Below the pieces are notes generated by a model, which had not been told where the DNA came from, searched no databases, and worked only from the letters and a program-made list of their open reading frames with translations. A DNA stretch of 51,865 bases from Gaiellaceae bacterium (GTDB taxonomy: Bacteria > Actinomycetota > Thermoleophilia > Gaiellales > Gaiellaceae): the NCBI GenBank assembly GCA_035711645.1, contig DASTBX010000078.1, positions 1 to 51,865 on the forward strand, read 5' to 3'. Below, piece after piece: positions 16,107-26,003 of this stretch (positions within the stretch are counted from its first letter, which is position 1; the number at the start of each line of letters is the position of its first letter). The position numbers and the translations under genes are program-made.

Positions 16107-17240
16107 TCACAGCCCCAGGTGGCGGGCGATGACCATTCGTTGCACCTCGTTCGTGCCCTCGCCGATCTCGAGCACCTTCTGGTCGCGGTAGAGGCGCGAG
16201 ATCGCGTACTCGTCCGTGAACCCGTAGCCGCCGTGGATCTGGAGCGCGCGGTCGGCGACCCGCTTGGAGAGCTCGCCGGTGTAGAGCTTCGCCATCGCCG
16301 CATCGCGCGCGAACGGGCGGCCCTCGTCCTTCAGCCACGCGGCCCGGTAGACGAGCCCCCGCGCCGCCTCGATCTCCGTGGCCATGTCCGCGAGGGCGAA
16401 CTGGATGGCCTGGAACTCGGCGATCGGCTTCCCGAACTGCTCGCGCTCGCGTGCGTAGGACCGGGCCAGCTCGTACGCGCCCTCGGCGAGCCCGAGCCCC
16501 ATCGCGGCGACCGAGATGCGCCCGCCGTCGAGAATCTCGAGGAACTGGGCGAAGCCGGCGCCGCGCGGGCCGAGCAGGTTCGCCTCCGGCACGGCGCACT
16601 CGCGGAACGAGAGCTCGCGGGTGTCCGAGGCGCGCCAGCCCATCTTCCGCATCGGCTCCGAGATCTCGTAGCCGGGGGCGCCGTTGGGGACGACGATGTT
16701 CGAGATCTCGTCGTCGCCGGTGCGCGCCGTGATCGTCACGCACGCCGAGATGTCGGTCCCGGCGTTCGTGATGAAGATCTTGGCGCCGTTCACGATCCAC
16801 TCGCCGTCCCGCAGCTCGGCGCGGGTGCGCGTGGCGCCGGCGTCGGAGCCCGCGCCCGGCTCGGTCAGCCCGAAGGCGGCCAGGCGCTCGCCCGACGCGA
16901 GCTGCGGGATCCATTCGCGCTTCTGCTCCTCCGTCCCGAAGAGGAGGAACGGCATCGTGCCGAGGGAGGTGTGCGCCGCCACGGTAATGGCGACGGAGGA
17001 GTCCACGCGGGTCAGCTCCTCGATCGCGATCGCGTACGCGAGCGTGTCGCCGCCTGCGCCGCCGTACTCCTCCGGGACCGGGATGCCCATGAGGCCGAGC
17101 TCGCCCAGCTCGGTGACGATCTCGTAAGGGAAGCGGTGCTCGCGGTCGAGCTCCTCGGCGACGGGCGCGATGCGCTCCTCGGCGAACTCGCGGACCGTGC
17201 GGCGGAGGAGCTCGTGCTCCTCGGAGACGTCGAGGTTCAC
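16107..17240 (-). CDS. acyl-CoA dehydrogenase (isovaleryl/short-chain type)
   Basis: GLTEPGAGSD, ...GGYGF..EY...R.YRD..V.EIGEGTNEVQRMVIAR. GTG 17240 overlaps the pepA stop (GTGA). Confidence 0.9.
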   Translation of the reverse strand: MNLDVSEEHELLRRTVREFAEERIAPVAEELDREHRFPYEIVTELGELGLMGIPVPEEYGGAGGDTLAYAIAIEELTRVDSSVAITVAAHTSLGTMPFLLFGTEEQKREWIPQLASGERLAAFGLTEPGAGSDAGATRTRAELRDGEWIVNGAKIFITNAGTDISACVTITARTGDDEISNIVVPNGAPGYEISEPMRKMGWRASDTRELSFRECAVPEANLLGPRGAGFAQFLEILDGGRISVAAMGLGLAEGAYELARSYAREREQFGKPIAEFQAIQFALADMATEIEAARGLVYRAAWLKDEGRPFARDAAMAKLYTGELSKRVADRALQIHGGYGFTDEYAISRLYRDQKVLEIGEGTNEVQRMVIARHLGL

Positions 17241-18736
17241 GGCGCGGCGAGCCGCCGGGCGAGCTCCGCGAGGAGCCGGACGCCGTAGCCGGTGGCGCCC
17301 AGGTCGGTGTAGTAGTCGCCCCGCCCGCGCTCGAGGTATGCCGTCCCGGCGATGTCGAGGTGGGCCCACGGCCCTTCGCCGGCGAACTCGGCGAGGAAGG
17401 CGGCGGCGAGGATCGGCGAGGCCTGCTTGTAGTCGGACGAGTTCTTCAGGTCGGCGAAGGGGGAGTCGTTGTAGCGCCCGTAGCGCTCGTGGAGCGGGAG
17501 GCGCCAGGCCCGGTCGCCGCTCGCGCTCGCCGCCGCCTCGATCTCCGCGGTCCAGGCGTCGTCGTTGCCGAAGAGGCCCGCGTAGAGGTCGCCCATTGCG
17601 ACGACGATGCCGCCCGTGAGCGTGGCGAGGTCGAGCAGGTGGGTGGCGCCGGACTCGCGCGCGAACCAGAGCGCGTCGGCGAGGATGAGGCGCCCCTCGG
17701 CGTCCGTGTTCGCGATCTCGATCGTCTTGCCGTTCAGCGCCGTGACGATGTCGCCCGGCCGCGTCGCGTGTCCGCCGGGCATGTTCTCGCAGGCGGGCAC
17801 GACCGCCAGCAGCCGCACGGGAAGCTCGAGCTCCGCGACCGCTCCCATCGCGGCGAGCACCGCGGCCCCGCCGCCCATGTCGGACTTCATCTCCTCCATC
17901 CGGAGCGAGGGCTTCAGCGAGAGGCCGCCCGAGTCGAACGTGATCGCCTTCCCGACGAGCCCGACGCGCACGTCTGCGCGCGCCGGCGAGTCCGGCTCGT
18001 AGGCCAGCGTGATCAGGCGCGGCGCGTTGTGGCTGCCGCGCGCCACCGCCTCGAGCGCCCCCATGCCGGCGGCGCGGATCTCCTCCGGGCCGAGCGCCTC
18101 GAAGCGGAGCGCGTCGCTCGCCGCCGCCAGCTCCTCCGCCCAGGAGGCGAGGCGCTCGGGGGTCATCTCGTTCCCGGGCGCGTTGACGAGGTCGCGGCAG
18201 CGGTTGGCCCACGAGGCGACGGCGGCGGCGCGGCGCGCGTCCTCCGCAAGAGCGGCCACGCCCGGCCCGCAGAGCACGAGCCGCTCGATCGGCGGCCGCC
18301 GCTCGTCCTCCGTCTTCCAGCGGCCCGGCTCGTAGGGGCCGAGGACGACGCCGTCCACGACCGCGCGGGCCTGCTCCGCCGTCGGGAGCGAGCCGTCCGG
18401 GTCGACCAGCCAGGCGATCGCGCGCGCGCCGATGTCCGCCGCGCGCGTGGCTGCCGCTCCGGCGGCCGTCCGCAGCCGGTCGGCGTCGACTCTCTCGCCG
18501 CCCACGCCGGCGGCGGCCACGCGGCGCGCGGCCAGCCGGCCGTCGGTGTGGAGGAGCGTGACGCGCCCCGTCTCGCCGCGGAGCTCGCCGTCCTCGACGA
18601 GGCGCGTCAGCCCGCCTTCGAGCAGGCGGTCGAGCTGCTGCGCCCCGGCGGGAAGCGCGGCCGGCTCCGGGACCGGGAAGACGAGGACGTCTGCCTCGAC
18701 CCCTCCCGGCGGCGCCTCGACGACGTCGATCTCCAT
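17237..18736 (-). CDS. pepA: leucyl aminopeptidase (M17)
   Basis: M17 signature NTDAEGRLILADAL, and VGKAITFDSGGLSLKP. Confidence 0.9.
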   Translation of the reverse strand: MEIDVVEAPPGGVEADVLVFPVPEPAALPAGAQQLDRLLEGGLTRLVEDGELRGETGRVTLLHTDGRLAARRVAAAGVGGERVDADRLRTAAGAAATRAADIGARAIAWLVDPDGSLPTAEQARAVVDGVVLGPYEPGRWKTEDERRPPIERLVLCGPGVAALAEDARRAAAVASWANRCRDLVNAPGNEMTPERLASWAEELAAASDALRFEALGPEEIRAAGMGALEAVARGSHNAPRLITLAYEPDSPARADVRVGLVGKAITFDSGGLSLKPSLRMEEMKSDMGGGAAVLAAMGAVAELELPVRLLAVVPACENMPGGHATRPGDIVTALNGKTIEIANTDAEGRLILADALWFARESGATHLLDLATLTGGIVVAMGDLYAGLFGNDDAWTAEIEAAASASGDRAWRLPLHERYGRYNDSPFADLKNSSDYKQASPILAAAFLAEFAGEGPWAHLDIAGTAYLERGRGDYYTDLGATGYGVRLLAELARRLAAP

Positions 18737-18830
18737 GGGCGAGCGAGGATCGTACCGGAGCCCGCCCGGGGCGTGCCTCGAACGAGGGATGCTGCTCCGT
18801 CCGTACCGGCCGATACAACCGGAGCGCAGA

Positions 18831-19052
18831 ATGAGCGCAGCTCTACCCTCTCCCCAGCCCGCACCCTCCCCTCGCGGGCGACAATCTCTCCCCGTCGAAG
18901 CCCTCCAGGACATCCTCGGAGGGCTTCTCGTCGAGAGGGAAGGACTGCGCGCGACCGGCCTCCGGCTCGAGCTGGAGCGCAACCGGCGCGAGATCGTCCG
19001 CGTGCAGCGCGAGATCTGCTACGCGCTCATCCACGCCCACGCAGCGCGCTGA
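18831..19052 (+). CDS. hypothetical small protein (73 aa)
   Basis: ATG-start ORF divergent from pepA. GC3 is only moderate in the first third. No motif recognised. Confidence 0.35.
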   Translation: MSAALPSPQPAPSPRGRQSLPVEALQDILGGLLVEREGLRATGLRLELERNRREIVRVQREICYALIHAHAAR

Positions 19053-19063
19053 CGGCCGGCGGG

Positions 19064-19069
19064 TAACGT
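19064..19069 (+). promoter_or_regulatory. candidate -10 box TAACGT, 7 nt before GTG 19077 (MFS transporter)
   Basis: TANNNT hexamer, no SD. Confidence 0.35.
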
Positions 19070-19076
19070 TCGCCGC

Positions 19077-20264
19077 GTGCACGCGGGCGTCGATCCGAAG
19101 GGCATGGCTGCGCTCTCCGGCGGCCATCTGGCGACCGATCTCGCCCAGGGATCGCTGCCCGCGCTGCTCCCCTTCCTGAGCGACCGCTTCGATCTCTCCT
19201 ACACGATGGTGGGTGCGCTCGTGCTCGCGGCGACGATCAGCTCCTCCGTCATCCAGCCTGCCTTCGGCGTCTGGTCCGACGCACGCGGGGCGCTGTGGCT
19301 CCTGCCCGGCGGGGTCGCGCTCGCGGGTCTCGGGATGGCCTTCGCGTCCGTCGCGCCGAGCTACGCGCTCGTCGTGGTCGGCGTGCTCGCCTCGGGCGTC
19401 GGCGTCGCCGCCTACCACCCCGAGGGGTCGAAGTTCGCGAGCTACGTGAGCGGGAGGCGGCGCGCGAGCGGCATGTCCCTCTTCTCGGTCGGCGGGAACA
19501 TCGGCTTCGCGCTCGGGCCGCTCGTCGCCTCGTTCTTCGTCATCACCCTCGGGCTGGGCCTCGACGGCGGCGCGCTCATCGCCTTGCCGGGGCTCGCGGT
19601 CGCCGCGATCCTCTTCGTCTCCCTCCGCCACCTCGCCGAGTTCGCGCCCGGCCGCGAGGTCGCGGCGGAGGCGCCGCCGCCGCGGACGCAGTGGCGGGGC
19701 ACGACGCTTCTCCTCCTCATCGTCGGCCTGCGCAGCCTCGCCCACATGGGCCTCTTCACGTTCATCCCGCTCTTCGAGATCTCGCGCGGGCACGGCGCGG
19801 GCTACGGGACGCGCGTACTCGCGCTCTTCCTCTTCGCGGGCGCCCTCGGGACGCTCCTCGGCGGCCCGCTCGCCGACCGCCTCGGTCGGCGGCGCGTGCT
19901 ACTCGGCAGCTTCCTCGTCTCGCCCCCGCTGATCGCCGTCTACGTGCTGACCGGGGGAGCCGTCGGGCTCGTCGCCCTCTTCCTGACGGGCATGGCCGTG
20001 ATCGGAACGTTCAGCGTCAGCCTCGTGATGAGCCAGGAGTACATGCCCGGGCGCGTGGGGATGGCCTCGGGGCTCTCGATCGGTCTCGCCATCGGCCTGG
20101 GCGGCGTCGCCGCGCTCTCGCTGGGCGCGGTCGCCGACGCCGTCGACCTCGAGACGGCAGTCCTCGTGACGGCCCTCGGCCCGGCGGCCTGCATCCTCCT
20201 CACGCTCCTGCTCCCGTCCTCGACCGTGCGCCGGCCCAGCCGGCCCGCAGCGGCGTCCGTCTAG
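19077..20264 (+). CDS. MFS transporter
   Basis: About 12 hydrophobic segments. MFS loop motif GVWSDARG between TM2 and TM3, and LADRLGRRR in the second half. Confidence 0.85.
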   Translation: MHAGVDPKGMAALSGGHLATDLAQGSLPALLPFLSDRFDLSYTMVGALVLAATISSSVIQPAFGVWSDARGALWLLPGGVALAGLGMAFASVAPSYALVVVGVLASGVGVAAYHPEGSKFASYVSGRRRASGMSLFSVGGNIGFALGPLVASFFVITLGLGLDGGALIALPGLAVAAILFVSLRHLAEFAPGREVAAEAPPPRTQWRGTTLLLLIVGLRSLAHMGLFTFIPLFEISRGHGAGYGTRVLALFLFAGALGTLLGGPLADRLGRRRVLLGSFLVSPPLIAVYVLTGGAVGLVALFLTGMAVIGTFSVSLVMSQEYMPGRVGMASGLSIGLAIGLGGVAALSLGAVADAVDLETAVLVTALGPAACILLTLLLPSSTVRRPSRPAAASV

Positions 20265-20266
20265 CC

Positions 20267-20584
20267 GTGGCTGCGAGCGCCCGCGAGTTCTTTCAGGACC
20301 TGGCCGCCCGCACGGCCGGCGGCTCGGAGCGTACTCGCGGGCTGACGGCCTCCTACCGCTTCGACGTCGACGGCGCGGGGAGCTGGCGCGTCGACGTCGA
20401 CGACGGCGCCGTCACGGTGACCGAGAGCGACGCCGCCGCCGACTGCGTCATCGGCGTCTCCGAGGAGATGCTCCTGGGGATCGTGAGCGGCCGCCAGAGC
20501 CCCATGGGCGCCTTCCTCATGGGGAGGATCCGGGTCGACGGAGACGCCGGCCTCGCCATGCGGCTCCGCGACCTGCTCGCGTGA
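20267..20584 (+). CDS. SCP2 sterol-binding domain protein
   Basis: ASYRFDVDG..W.VDVDDG...V......ADCVI......LLGIVSGR..PM.AF..GRI.V.GD..LA..L pattern. GTG start 3 nt after the MFS stop. Confidence 0.75.
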   Translation: MAASAREFFQDLAARTAGGSERTRGLTASYRFDVDGAGSWRVDVDDGAVTVTESDAAADCVIGVSEEMLLGIVSGRQSPMGAFLMGRIRVDGDAGLAMRLRDLLA

Positions 20585-20609
20585 TCACGGGCGCTGCCCG
20601 GAGCGGCCG

Positions 20610-21194
20610 CTAGCGGGTCGTCGCGGCGGCAGCCTTGCGCTGCTCGTCGTGGAGGCCCTCGCCCATCTCCTCGACGAGCTTCTTGCAGAACGCCGGCAGG
20701 TCGTCCGGCTTGCGGCTCGTGAAGAGCCCGCGGTCGACGCAGATCTCCTCGTCGACCCACGTGCCGCCAGCGTTCACGATGTCCGTCTTCAGGCTCGGCC
20801 ACGAGGTAACGGTCCGCCCCTTGACGATCCCGGTCTCCACGAGGCTCCACGGCCCGTGGCAGATGGCGCCGACCGGCTTGCCCTGCTCGAAGAACGTCCT
20901 CACGAAGCGCATGGCCCCCTGGTCGACGCGCAGCGTGTCCGGGTTGATGACGCCGCCCGGCAGGACGAGGCCGTCGTAGTCGGTCGGGTCCGCGTTCGGA
21001 ACCGTCCTGTCGACCGGGAACCGGTGTCCCTTGTCGTGGTGGTTGAAACCCTGGATCTCGCCGCCGGTGAGGGAGATCAGCTCCGGCGTGCCGCCCGCCT
21101 GCTCGATCGCCTTCCACGGCTCGGTCAGCTCCACCTGCTCGACGCCGTCGGTGGCGAGGAACGCGATGCGCTTGCCCTTCAGCTCTGCACCCAT
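20610..21194 (-). CDS. DJ-1/PfpI family protein (type 1 glutamine amidotransferase-like)
   Basis: Nucleophile elbow AICHGPW and YDGLVLPGG. Confidence 0.9.
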   Translation of the reverse strand: MGAELKGKRIAFLATDGVEQVELTEPWKAIEQAGGTPELISLTGGEIQGFNHHDKGHRFPVDRTVPNADPTDYDGLVLPGGVINPDTLRVDQGAMRFVRTFFEQGKPVGAICHGPWSLVETGIVKGRTVTSWPSLKTDIVNAGGTWVDEEICVDRGLFTSRKPDDLPAFCKKLVEEMGEGLHDEQRKAAAATTR

Positions 21195-21270
21195 CTCGAG
21201 CCTCCCTGAAATCGGTTTCGATCCCTGACTACCCGCACGCGCTGCGCGAGAACCGTCGGTTACGTCGGTC

Positions 21271-21276
21271 TATGGT
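21271..21276 (+). promoter_or_regulatory. candidate -10 box TATGGT, 8 nt before ATG 21285
   Basis: TANNNT hexamer, no SD. Confidence 0.35.
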
Positions 21277-21284
21277 GTCCGCGC

Positions 21285-22079
21285 ATGCGCCTGCAGGACG
21301 TCCGTGTCGGGGAGGTGCGAGTCGCGTCCGTCACGGCCGGGAAGGGCCCGCCCCTCGTCCTCCTGCACGGGGCCTGGTGCGACGGCCGCGCCTGGCGCCG
21401 GCAGCTCGACGGCCTCGGCCGGGACTTCGCCGTCACGGCCTGGGACGCGCCGGGGTGCGGACGGAGCTCCGACCCGCCCGCGGAGTGGCGTATGCCGCAG
21501 TACGCGGACTGCCTGGCGGCATGGCTGGCGGCCCTCGGGATCGACCGCCCGCACGTCCTCGGGCTCTCGTGGGGCGGGGTCCTCGCCCTCGAGCTCTACC
21601 GTCGCCATCCGGACCTTCCCGGCTCTCTCGTTCTGGCTTCGACGTATGCCGGCTGGGCCGGCTCCCTCCCCCGCGAGGACGTGAGGGAGCGGCTGGAGCG
21701 CGGGCTCCGCGAGCTCGAGCGCCCTCCGGAGCAGTGGGTAGCGGGCTACCTGCCCGGTCTGCTGACCGAGGCCGCCCCGGTCGCCCTCGTCGACGAGATC
21801 GTCGCGATGATGTGCGATCTGCGCCCCGACGGCACGCGAACGATGCTGCACGCCGTCGCGGAGGCCGACCTGCGCGACGTCCTCCCCCGGATCCGCGTGC
21901 CCACGCTGCTCCTCTACGGGGAGCGCGACCGGCGCTCGCCCCTGGCGGTCGCCGAGGCCCTCCATGCGAGCATCCCCGATTCGCGGCTCGTCGTGCTTCC
22001 GGGCGTCGGGCATCTGGCCAATGTCGAGCGGCCCGACGAGTGGGACGCTGCGGTGCGCGCCTTCCTGCGGGCTCTCTAG
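21285..22079 (+). CDS. alpha/beta-fold hydrolase
   Basis: LVLLHGAW..., nucleophile elbow GLSWGG, and C-terminal GVGHLANVE. Confidence 0.85.
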   Translation: MRLQDVRVGEVRVASVTAGKGPPLVLLHGAWCDGRAWRRQLDGLGRDFAVTAWDAPGCGRSSDPPAEWRMPQYADCLAAWLAALGIDRPHVLGLSWGGVLALELYRRHPDLPGSLVLASTYAGWAGSLPREDVRERLERGLRELERPPEQWVAGYLPGLLTEAAPVALVDEIVAMMCDLRPDGTRTMLHAVAEADLRDVLPRIRVPTLLLYGERDRRSPLAVAEALHASIPDSRLVVLPGVGHLANVERPDEWDAAVRAFLRAL

Positions 22080-22676
22080 CTAGGGAGCGAGGCGTTCGAG
22101 CAGCCAGCCGTTCTCCGGCGCGCGCGTGTACCGGAAGCGGTCGTGGAGGCGGTTGGGGCGGTTCTGCCAGAACTCGAAGCGCTCCGGCCGGAGGAGGTAG
22201 CCGCCCCACCAGGGCGGCAGCGGCGGGTCGTCGCCGTGCTCGGCCTCGGCCTCCGCGAAGGCGCGCTCGAGCGCCTCGCGGTCCGGAACGACGCTGCTCT
22301 GCCGCGAGGCCCACGCGCCCAGCCGGCTCCCGAGCGGGCGCGTGCGGAAGTAGGCCTCCGACTCCTCCCGGGAGAGCGGGGCCACGCCTCCGGACACGAT
22401 CACCTGCCGGCGCGGCTCCTGCTGCCAGTGGAAGACGAGCGCGGCGCGCGGGTTCTCGGCCAGCTCGCTCGCCTTGCGGCTCTCGGTGTTCGTGAAGAAG
22501 CGGAACCCGTCGTCGTCGGCGCCCTTCAGGAGCACCGTGCGGGCGGAGGGCCGGCCGTCGGCGTCCGCCGTGGCGAGCGTCATCGCCTCGGGCATGGCCA
22601 CTCCCGCCGCCTGCGCCTCGTCGAGCCAGCGGCCGAACTGCTCCGTCGGGTCGGGGAGGAGGTCGGCGCGCTCCAT
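22080..22676 (-). CDS. pdxH: pyridoxamine 5'-phosphate oxidase
   Basis: RTVLLKG.D..GF.FFTN..S.K and the C-terminal signature FEFWQNRPNRLHDRFRY. The start overlaps the carboxylase stop by 1 nt. Confidence 0.9.
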   Translation of the reverse strand: MERADLLPDPTEQFGRWLDEAQAAGVAMPEAMTLATADADGRPSARTVLLKGADDDGFRFFTNTESRKASELAENPRAALVFHWQQEPRRQVIVSGGVAPLSREESEAYFRTRPLGSRLGAWASRQSSVVPDREALERAFAEAEAEHGDDPPLPPWWGGYLLRPERFEFWQNRPNRLHDRFRYTRAPENGWLLERLAP

Positions 22677-24310
22677 CACTCTTCCAGCTCCAGGAGGAGC
22701 GCTCCGCCTGCGACGCGGTCTCCCTCGGCGACGTGGACGCGCCGGACCACGGCCTCGTAGGGAGAGACGAGCGGCGTCTCCATCTTCATCGCCTCGAGAA
22801 CGACCAGGGGCTGCCGCGGCTCGACGCGGTCTCCCTCGCCGGCGAGCACCCGCACGACGACGCCGGGCATGGGGGCGACGAGCGCGCTCTGCTCGCGCCC
22901 CGCCTCGGCCGCGTGGGCCGTCGCCTCGACCGTCGGCGGGGCAGCGAAAGGCGTGTCCGCGGCCGGCGCCGGCGCGGCGTTGAGGCGCCAGCGGCCCGCC
23001 CACGGGGCGGCGCGGGGCACCGGGCGCGAGAGGGGCGGGTGCTCGACGAGGAACGCCGTCGTCGTGCGCCCCGCCCGCATCTCCGGGTGGTCGACGAGCC
23101 AGCGGAGGAAGCCGAGGTTCGTCGTCGCGCCCGCGACCCGGGTGGCCCTGAGCGCCCGCGAGAGCTCGGCGAAGGCCTCCTCGCGCGTCTCGGCGTGCGC
23201 GATCAGCTTCGCGATCAGCGGATCGTAGGCGACGGGCACCTCGTCGCCGGCCTCGACGCCCGGGTCGACCCGGATCCCGTCGGGCAGCTCCAGGAGCTCC
23301 AGCCGCCCTGCCTGCGGGAGGAAGGTGAGCGGGTGCTCGGCGTAGAGGCGGACCTCGACTGCGTGCCCTTCCGGCTCGCGCGGCCCGACGGCGAGCGGCT
23401 CGCCGCCGGCCAGGAGGAGCTGCTGCTCGACGAGGTCGAGGCCGGTTACGAGCTCCGTCACCGGGTGCTCGACCTGGAGGCGGGCGTTCAGCTCGAGGAA
23501 GAAGAAGCGGTCGCCGGCGAGCATGAACTCCGCCGTGCCCGCGTTCTCGTAGCCGACCGCCCGGGCGAAGGAGACCGCGGCCTCGCCCATGGCGGCGCGC
23601 AGACCCTCGTCGAGCGCGGGGGAGGGGCTCTCCTCGAGCACCTTCTGGTGGCGCCGCTGCACGGAGCACTCGCGCTCGCCGAGGTGGATCGCGGCGCCGG
23701 CCGAGTCCGCGAGGAGCTGGATCTCGACGTGGCGGGGGCGCTCGACGAAGCGCTCGCAGAAGACACGCCCGTCGCCGAAGGCCGCCTCCGCCTCGCGCTC
23801 GGCCGCCGCGAGCGCCTCCGGCAGCTCCTCCGCCGAGCGCACGACCCGCATGCCGCGCCCGCCCCCGCCCGCGGCCGCCTTGACGAGGAGCGGGTAGCCG
23901 ATCTCCTCCGGCGGGCCGGTCTCCACGACCGGGACGCCCGCCTCCGCGGCAACGCGCTTCGCCTCGAGCTTGTCGCCGGCGGCTCGGATCGCGGCCGGCG
24001 GGGGCCCGACGAAGAGGACGCCTGCCGCCGCGACCTCCTCGGCGAAGTCGCCGCTCTCGGCGAGGAACCCGTAGCCGGGGTGGACGGCGTCCGCTCCCGT
24101 GCGCGCCGCGGCGGCGACCAGGCCCGCAGCGTCGAGGTAGCCGGGCACGGGCACCGCCTGGTCCGCCTGGCGCGTGTGGAAGGCGCCCTCGTCGTCGGGC
24201 GCGTAGACGGCGACCGTGCCGACGCCCAGGCGGCGGCAGGTGCGGAAGATCCGCGCGGCGATCTCGCCGCGGTTGGCTACGAGCAGCTTCCGGATCCGGG
24301 TGCGGGCCAT
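22676..24310 (-). CDS. acyl-CoA carboxylase alpha subunit (biotin carboxylase plus biotinyl carrier domain), short form of 544 aa
   Basis: ATP-grasp loop AAAGGGGRGMRVV and biotinylation motif EAMKMET near the C-terminus. Confidence 0.9.
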   Translation of the reverse strand: MARTRIRKLLVANRGEIAARIFRTCRRLGVGTVAVYAPDDEGAFHTRQADQAVPVPGYLDAAGLVAAAARTGADAVHPGYGFLAESGDFAEEVAAAGVLFVGPPPAAIRAAGDKLEAKRVAAEAGVPVVETGPPEEIGYPLLVKAAAGGGGRGMRVVRSAEELPEALAAAEREAEAAFGDGRVFCERFVERPRHVEIQLLADSAGAAIHLGERECSVQRRHQKVLEESPSPALDEGLRAAMGEAAVSFARAVGYENAGTAEFMLAGDRFFFLELNARLQVEHPVTELVTGLDLVEQQLLLAGGEPLAVGPREPEGHAVEVRLYAEHPLTFLPQAGRLELLELPDGIRVDPGVEAGDEVPVAYDPLIAKLIAHAETREEAFAELSRALRATRVAGATTNLGFLRWLVDHPEMRAGRTTTAFLVEHPPLSRPVPRAAPWAGRWRLNAAPAPAADTPFAAPPTVEATAHAAEAGREQSALVAPMPGVVVRVLAGEGDRVEPRQPLVVLEAMKMETPLVSPYEAVVRRVHVAEGDRVAGGALLLELEE

Positions 24311-24483
24311 GCGGGGCGCCCTCGGGGCGAGCGCAGCTTAGTCGGTGCCCGCGAGCGGCCCTTCTGGACATGACCGAAAGATCCGTTGCCGAGCGGGGCA
24401 ACCGCCGCGTATCCTGAAGCGAAACCGAACTCAGCGGCGCACGCCCGCAGCCTCGCTTGACGTTCCGACACGAGGAGGTTGAC

Positions 24484-25050
24484 GTGCTTGCGACGCTCGT
24501 CTCAGCAGTACGCGGTTTCTTGCCGCTTCTGGTCGTCATGGCCGCCGCCGCGCCCGCCTATGCCGCCGGTCCCACGCCCGCCCCGGCGGACGCGGCGGCG
24601 GTGGAGAGCTCGGGGCTGGCGCTCGAGTACTCGGCGGACGGGAGCGTGACCGAGACCGCCTGGGAGGAGGAGGCCGACACCGCCACGGCGGCCGAGTTTT
24701 CCTACCCGACACGCTGCAAGCGGGTCTCGGTGACGAGGACGAAGACGAACGGGGTTTGGACGCTGTGGTCCTACTTCCAGCGGCAGGGCTTCTGCCACAA
24801 CGGCTCGAAGGTCACCTCGCTCTACGACTACCTGCGCCGGAACAACGGCACGGGCCCCGGCTGGGACTGGAAGGGCCACATCGCCAAGTGGTCGTCGGGC
24901 GGCGCGGGCAAGTGGTCGTACACCGTCGGCACCCAGGGCCACTTCGCCGCCTGCACGGCCGTCTCGGGCTGCCTCGTCCACGACTTCCCCTGGCTGCAGC
25001 TGAGAGTGCTCGGCAACGGCTCCTGGGCGAAGAGCTCCGGTACCGGCTAG
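24484..25050 (+). CDS. secreted hypothetical protein (Trp- and Cys-containing)
   Basis: SD AGGAGG lies 5 nt before GTG 24484. Signal peptide LATLVSAVRGFLPLLVVMAAAAPAYA. High GC3. The ORF is open from TTG 24457. Confidence 0.65.
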   Translation: MLATLVSAVRGFLPLLVVMAAAAPAYAAGPTPAPADAAAVESSGLALEYSADGSVTETAWEEEADTATAAEFSYPTRCKRVSVTRTKTNGVWTLWSYFQRQGFCHNGSKVTSLYDYLRRNNGTGPGWDWKGHIAKWSSGGAGKWSYTVGTQGHFAACTAVSGCLVHDFPWLQLRVLGNGSWAKSSGTG

Positions 25051-25067
25051 TGAAAGGGGTGAGGGCA

Positions 25068-25181
25068 GTGACGTGGATCAGGTCGCACCCGTGGTGGACG
25101 CTTCTGGCGCTGCTGCTGCTGCTCGTCCTCTTCTGGCTCTGGGCGAGCGGGCTCCTCGTCTCGGTCGAGACGGAGAGCTAG
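25068..25181 (+). CDS. very small membrane protein (37 aa)
   Basis: GTG follows a GGGGTGAGGG purine tract. Single TM WWTLLALLLLLVLFWLWASGLLV. High GC3. Confidence 0.4.
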   Translation: MTWIRSHPWWTLLALLLLLVLFWLWASGLLVSVETES

Positions 25182-25193
25182 GCGGGTTCGGGC

Positions 25194-25979
25194 CTACCCG
25201 GGCCTGCGCTTGCCCGCGAAGACGCCCCAGGCGGCGCCGTCGGGGGCCTCCGCCGGTCGCTTCTCGAGGAAGGCGCGGAGGCCCTCCTGCCCCTCGGGGC
25301 TCGCCCGGAGCCCGGCCGCGAGCCTGGCCGCCTCCGGCCCGTCCGGGCGCTCGCGGACGAGCCGCTTCGCGGCGCGTACCGCCTCCGGTCCGCCGGCGAG
25401 GAGGTCCTCGAGGACGCGCGCCGCCGCAGCGTCCAGGTCCTCCGCGACCTCGTGGACGAGGCCGATGCGAAGGGCGGCGTCGGCGTCGAACCGCTCGCCG
25501 GTGAGGAAGTAGCGGCGGGCGGCGCCGCCCCCGATCCGGCGGAGGACGAACGGCGAGATAACGGCGGGCACGATCCCGAGGCGAACCTCGGTGAAGCCGA
25601 AGACGGCGTCCCGGCCGGCGACGACGGCGTCGGCGCACGCGACGACGCCCGAGCCGCCTCCGAGCGCGAAGCCCTGCACGCGGGCGACGACGGGCGCCGC
25701 GCACTCGTCGATCGTCGCGAGCATGCGGTAGAGCCGTAGCGCGTCCTCGACGTTCTCGTCGTAGGAGAGGTCGACGGAGGAGCGCTGCCACTCCACGTCG
25801 GCGCCCGCGCAGAAGCTGGGTCCCTCCCCGGCGAGCAGGACGGCCCTCGCGTCGCCGACGTCGGCGAAGGCGTCGGTCAGCTCGGCGATCAGCGCGGCGT
25901 CGAAGGCGTTGCGGCGCTCCGGCCTGGCGAGGGTGACGCGGAGGATCGGCCCGTCCCGCTCGAGGCGCAGCGCGCTCAT
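25194..25979 (-). CDS. enoyl-CoA hydratase/isomerase family (methylglutaconyl-CoA hydratase-like)
   Basis: RPERRNAFD, FCAGADV, and GFALGGGSGVV. Confidence 0.9.
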   Translation of the reverse strand: MSALRLERDGPILRVTLARPERRNAFDAALIAELTDAFADVGDARAVLLAGEGPSFCAGADVEWQRSSVDLSYDENVEDALRLYRMLATIDECAAPVVARVQGFALGGGSGVVACADAVVAGRDAVFGFTEVRLGIVPAVISPFVLRRIGGGAARRYFLTGERFDADAALRIGLVHEVAEDLDAAAARVLEDLLAGGPEAVRAAKRLVRERPDGPEAARLAAGLRASPEGQEGLRAFLEKRPAEAPDGAAWGVFAGKRRPG

Positions 25980-25991
25980 CGCCGCGCAGCA

Positions 25992-25997
25992 TAAGGT
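25992..25997 (+). promoter_or_regulatory. candidate -10 box TAAGGT, 6 nt before GTG 26004
   Basis: TANNNT hexamer, no SD. Confidence 0.35.
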
Positions 25998-26003
25998 TGC
26001 GTC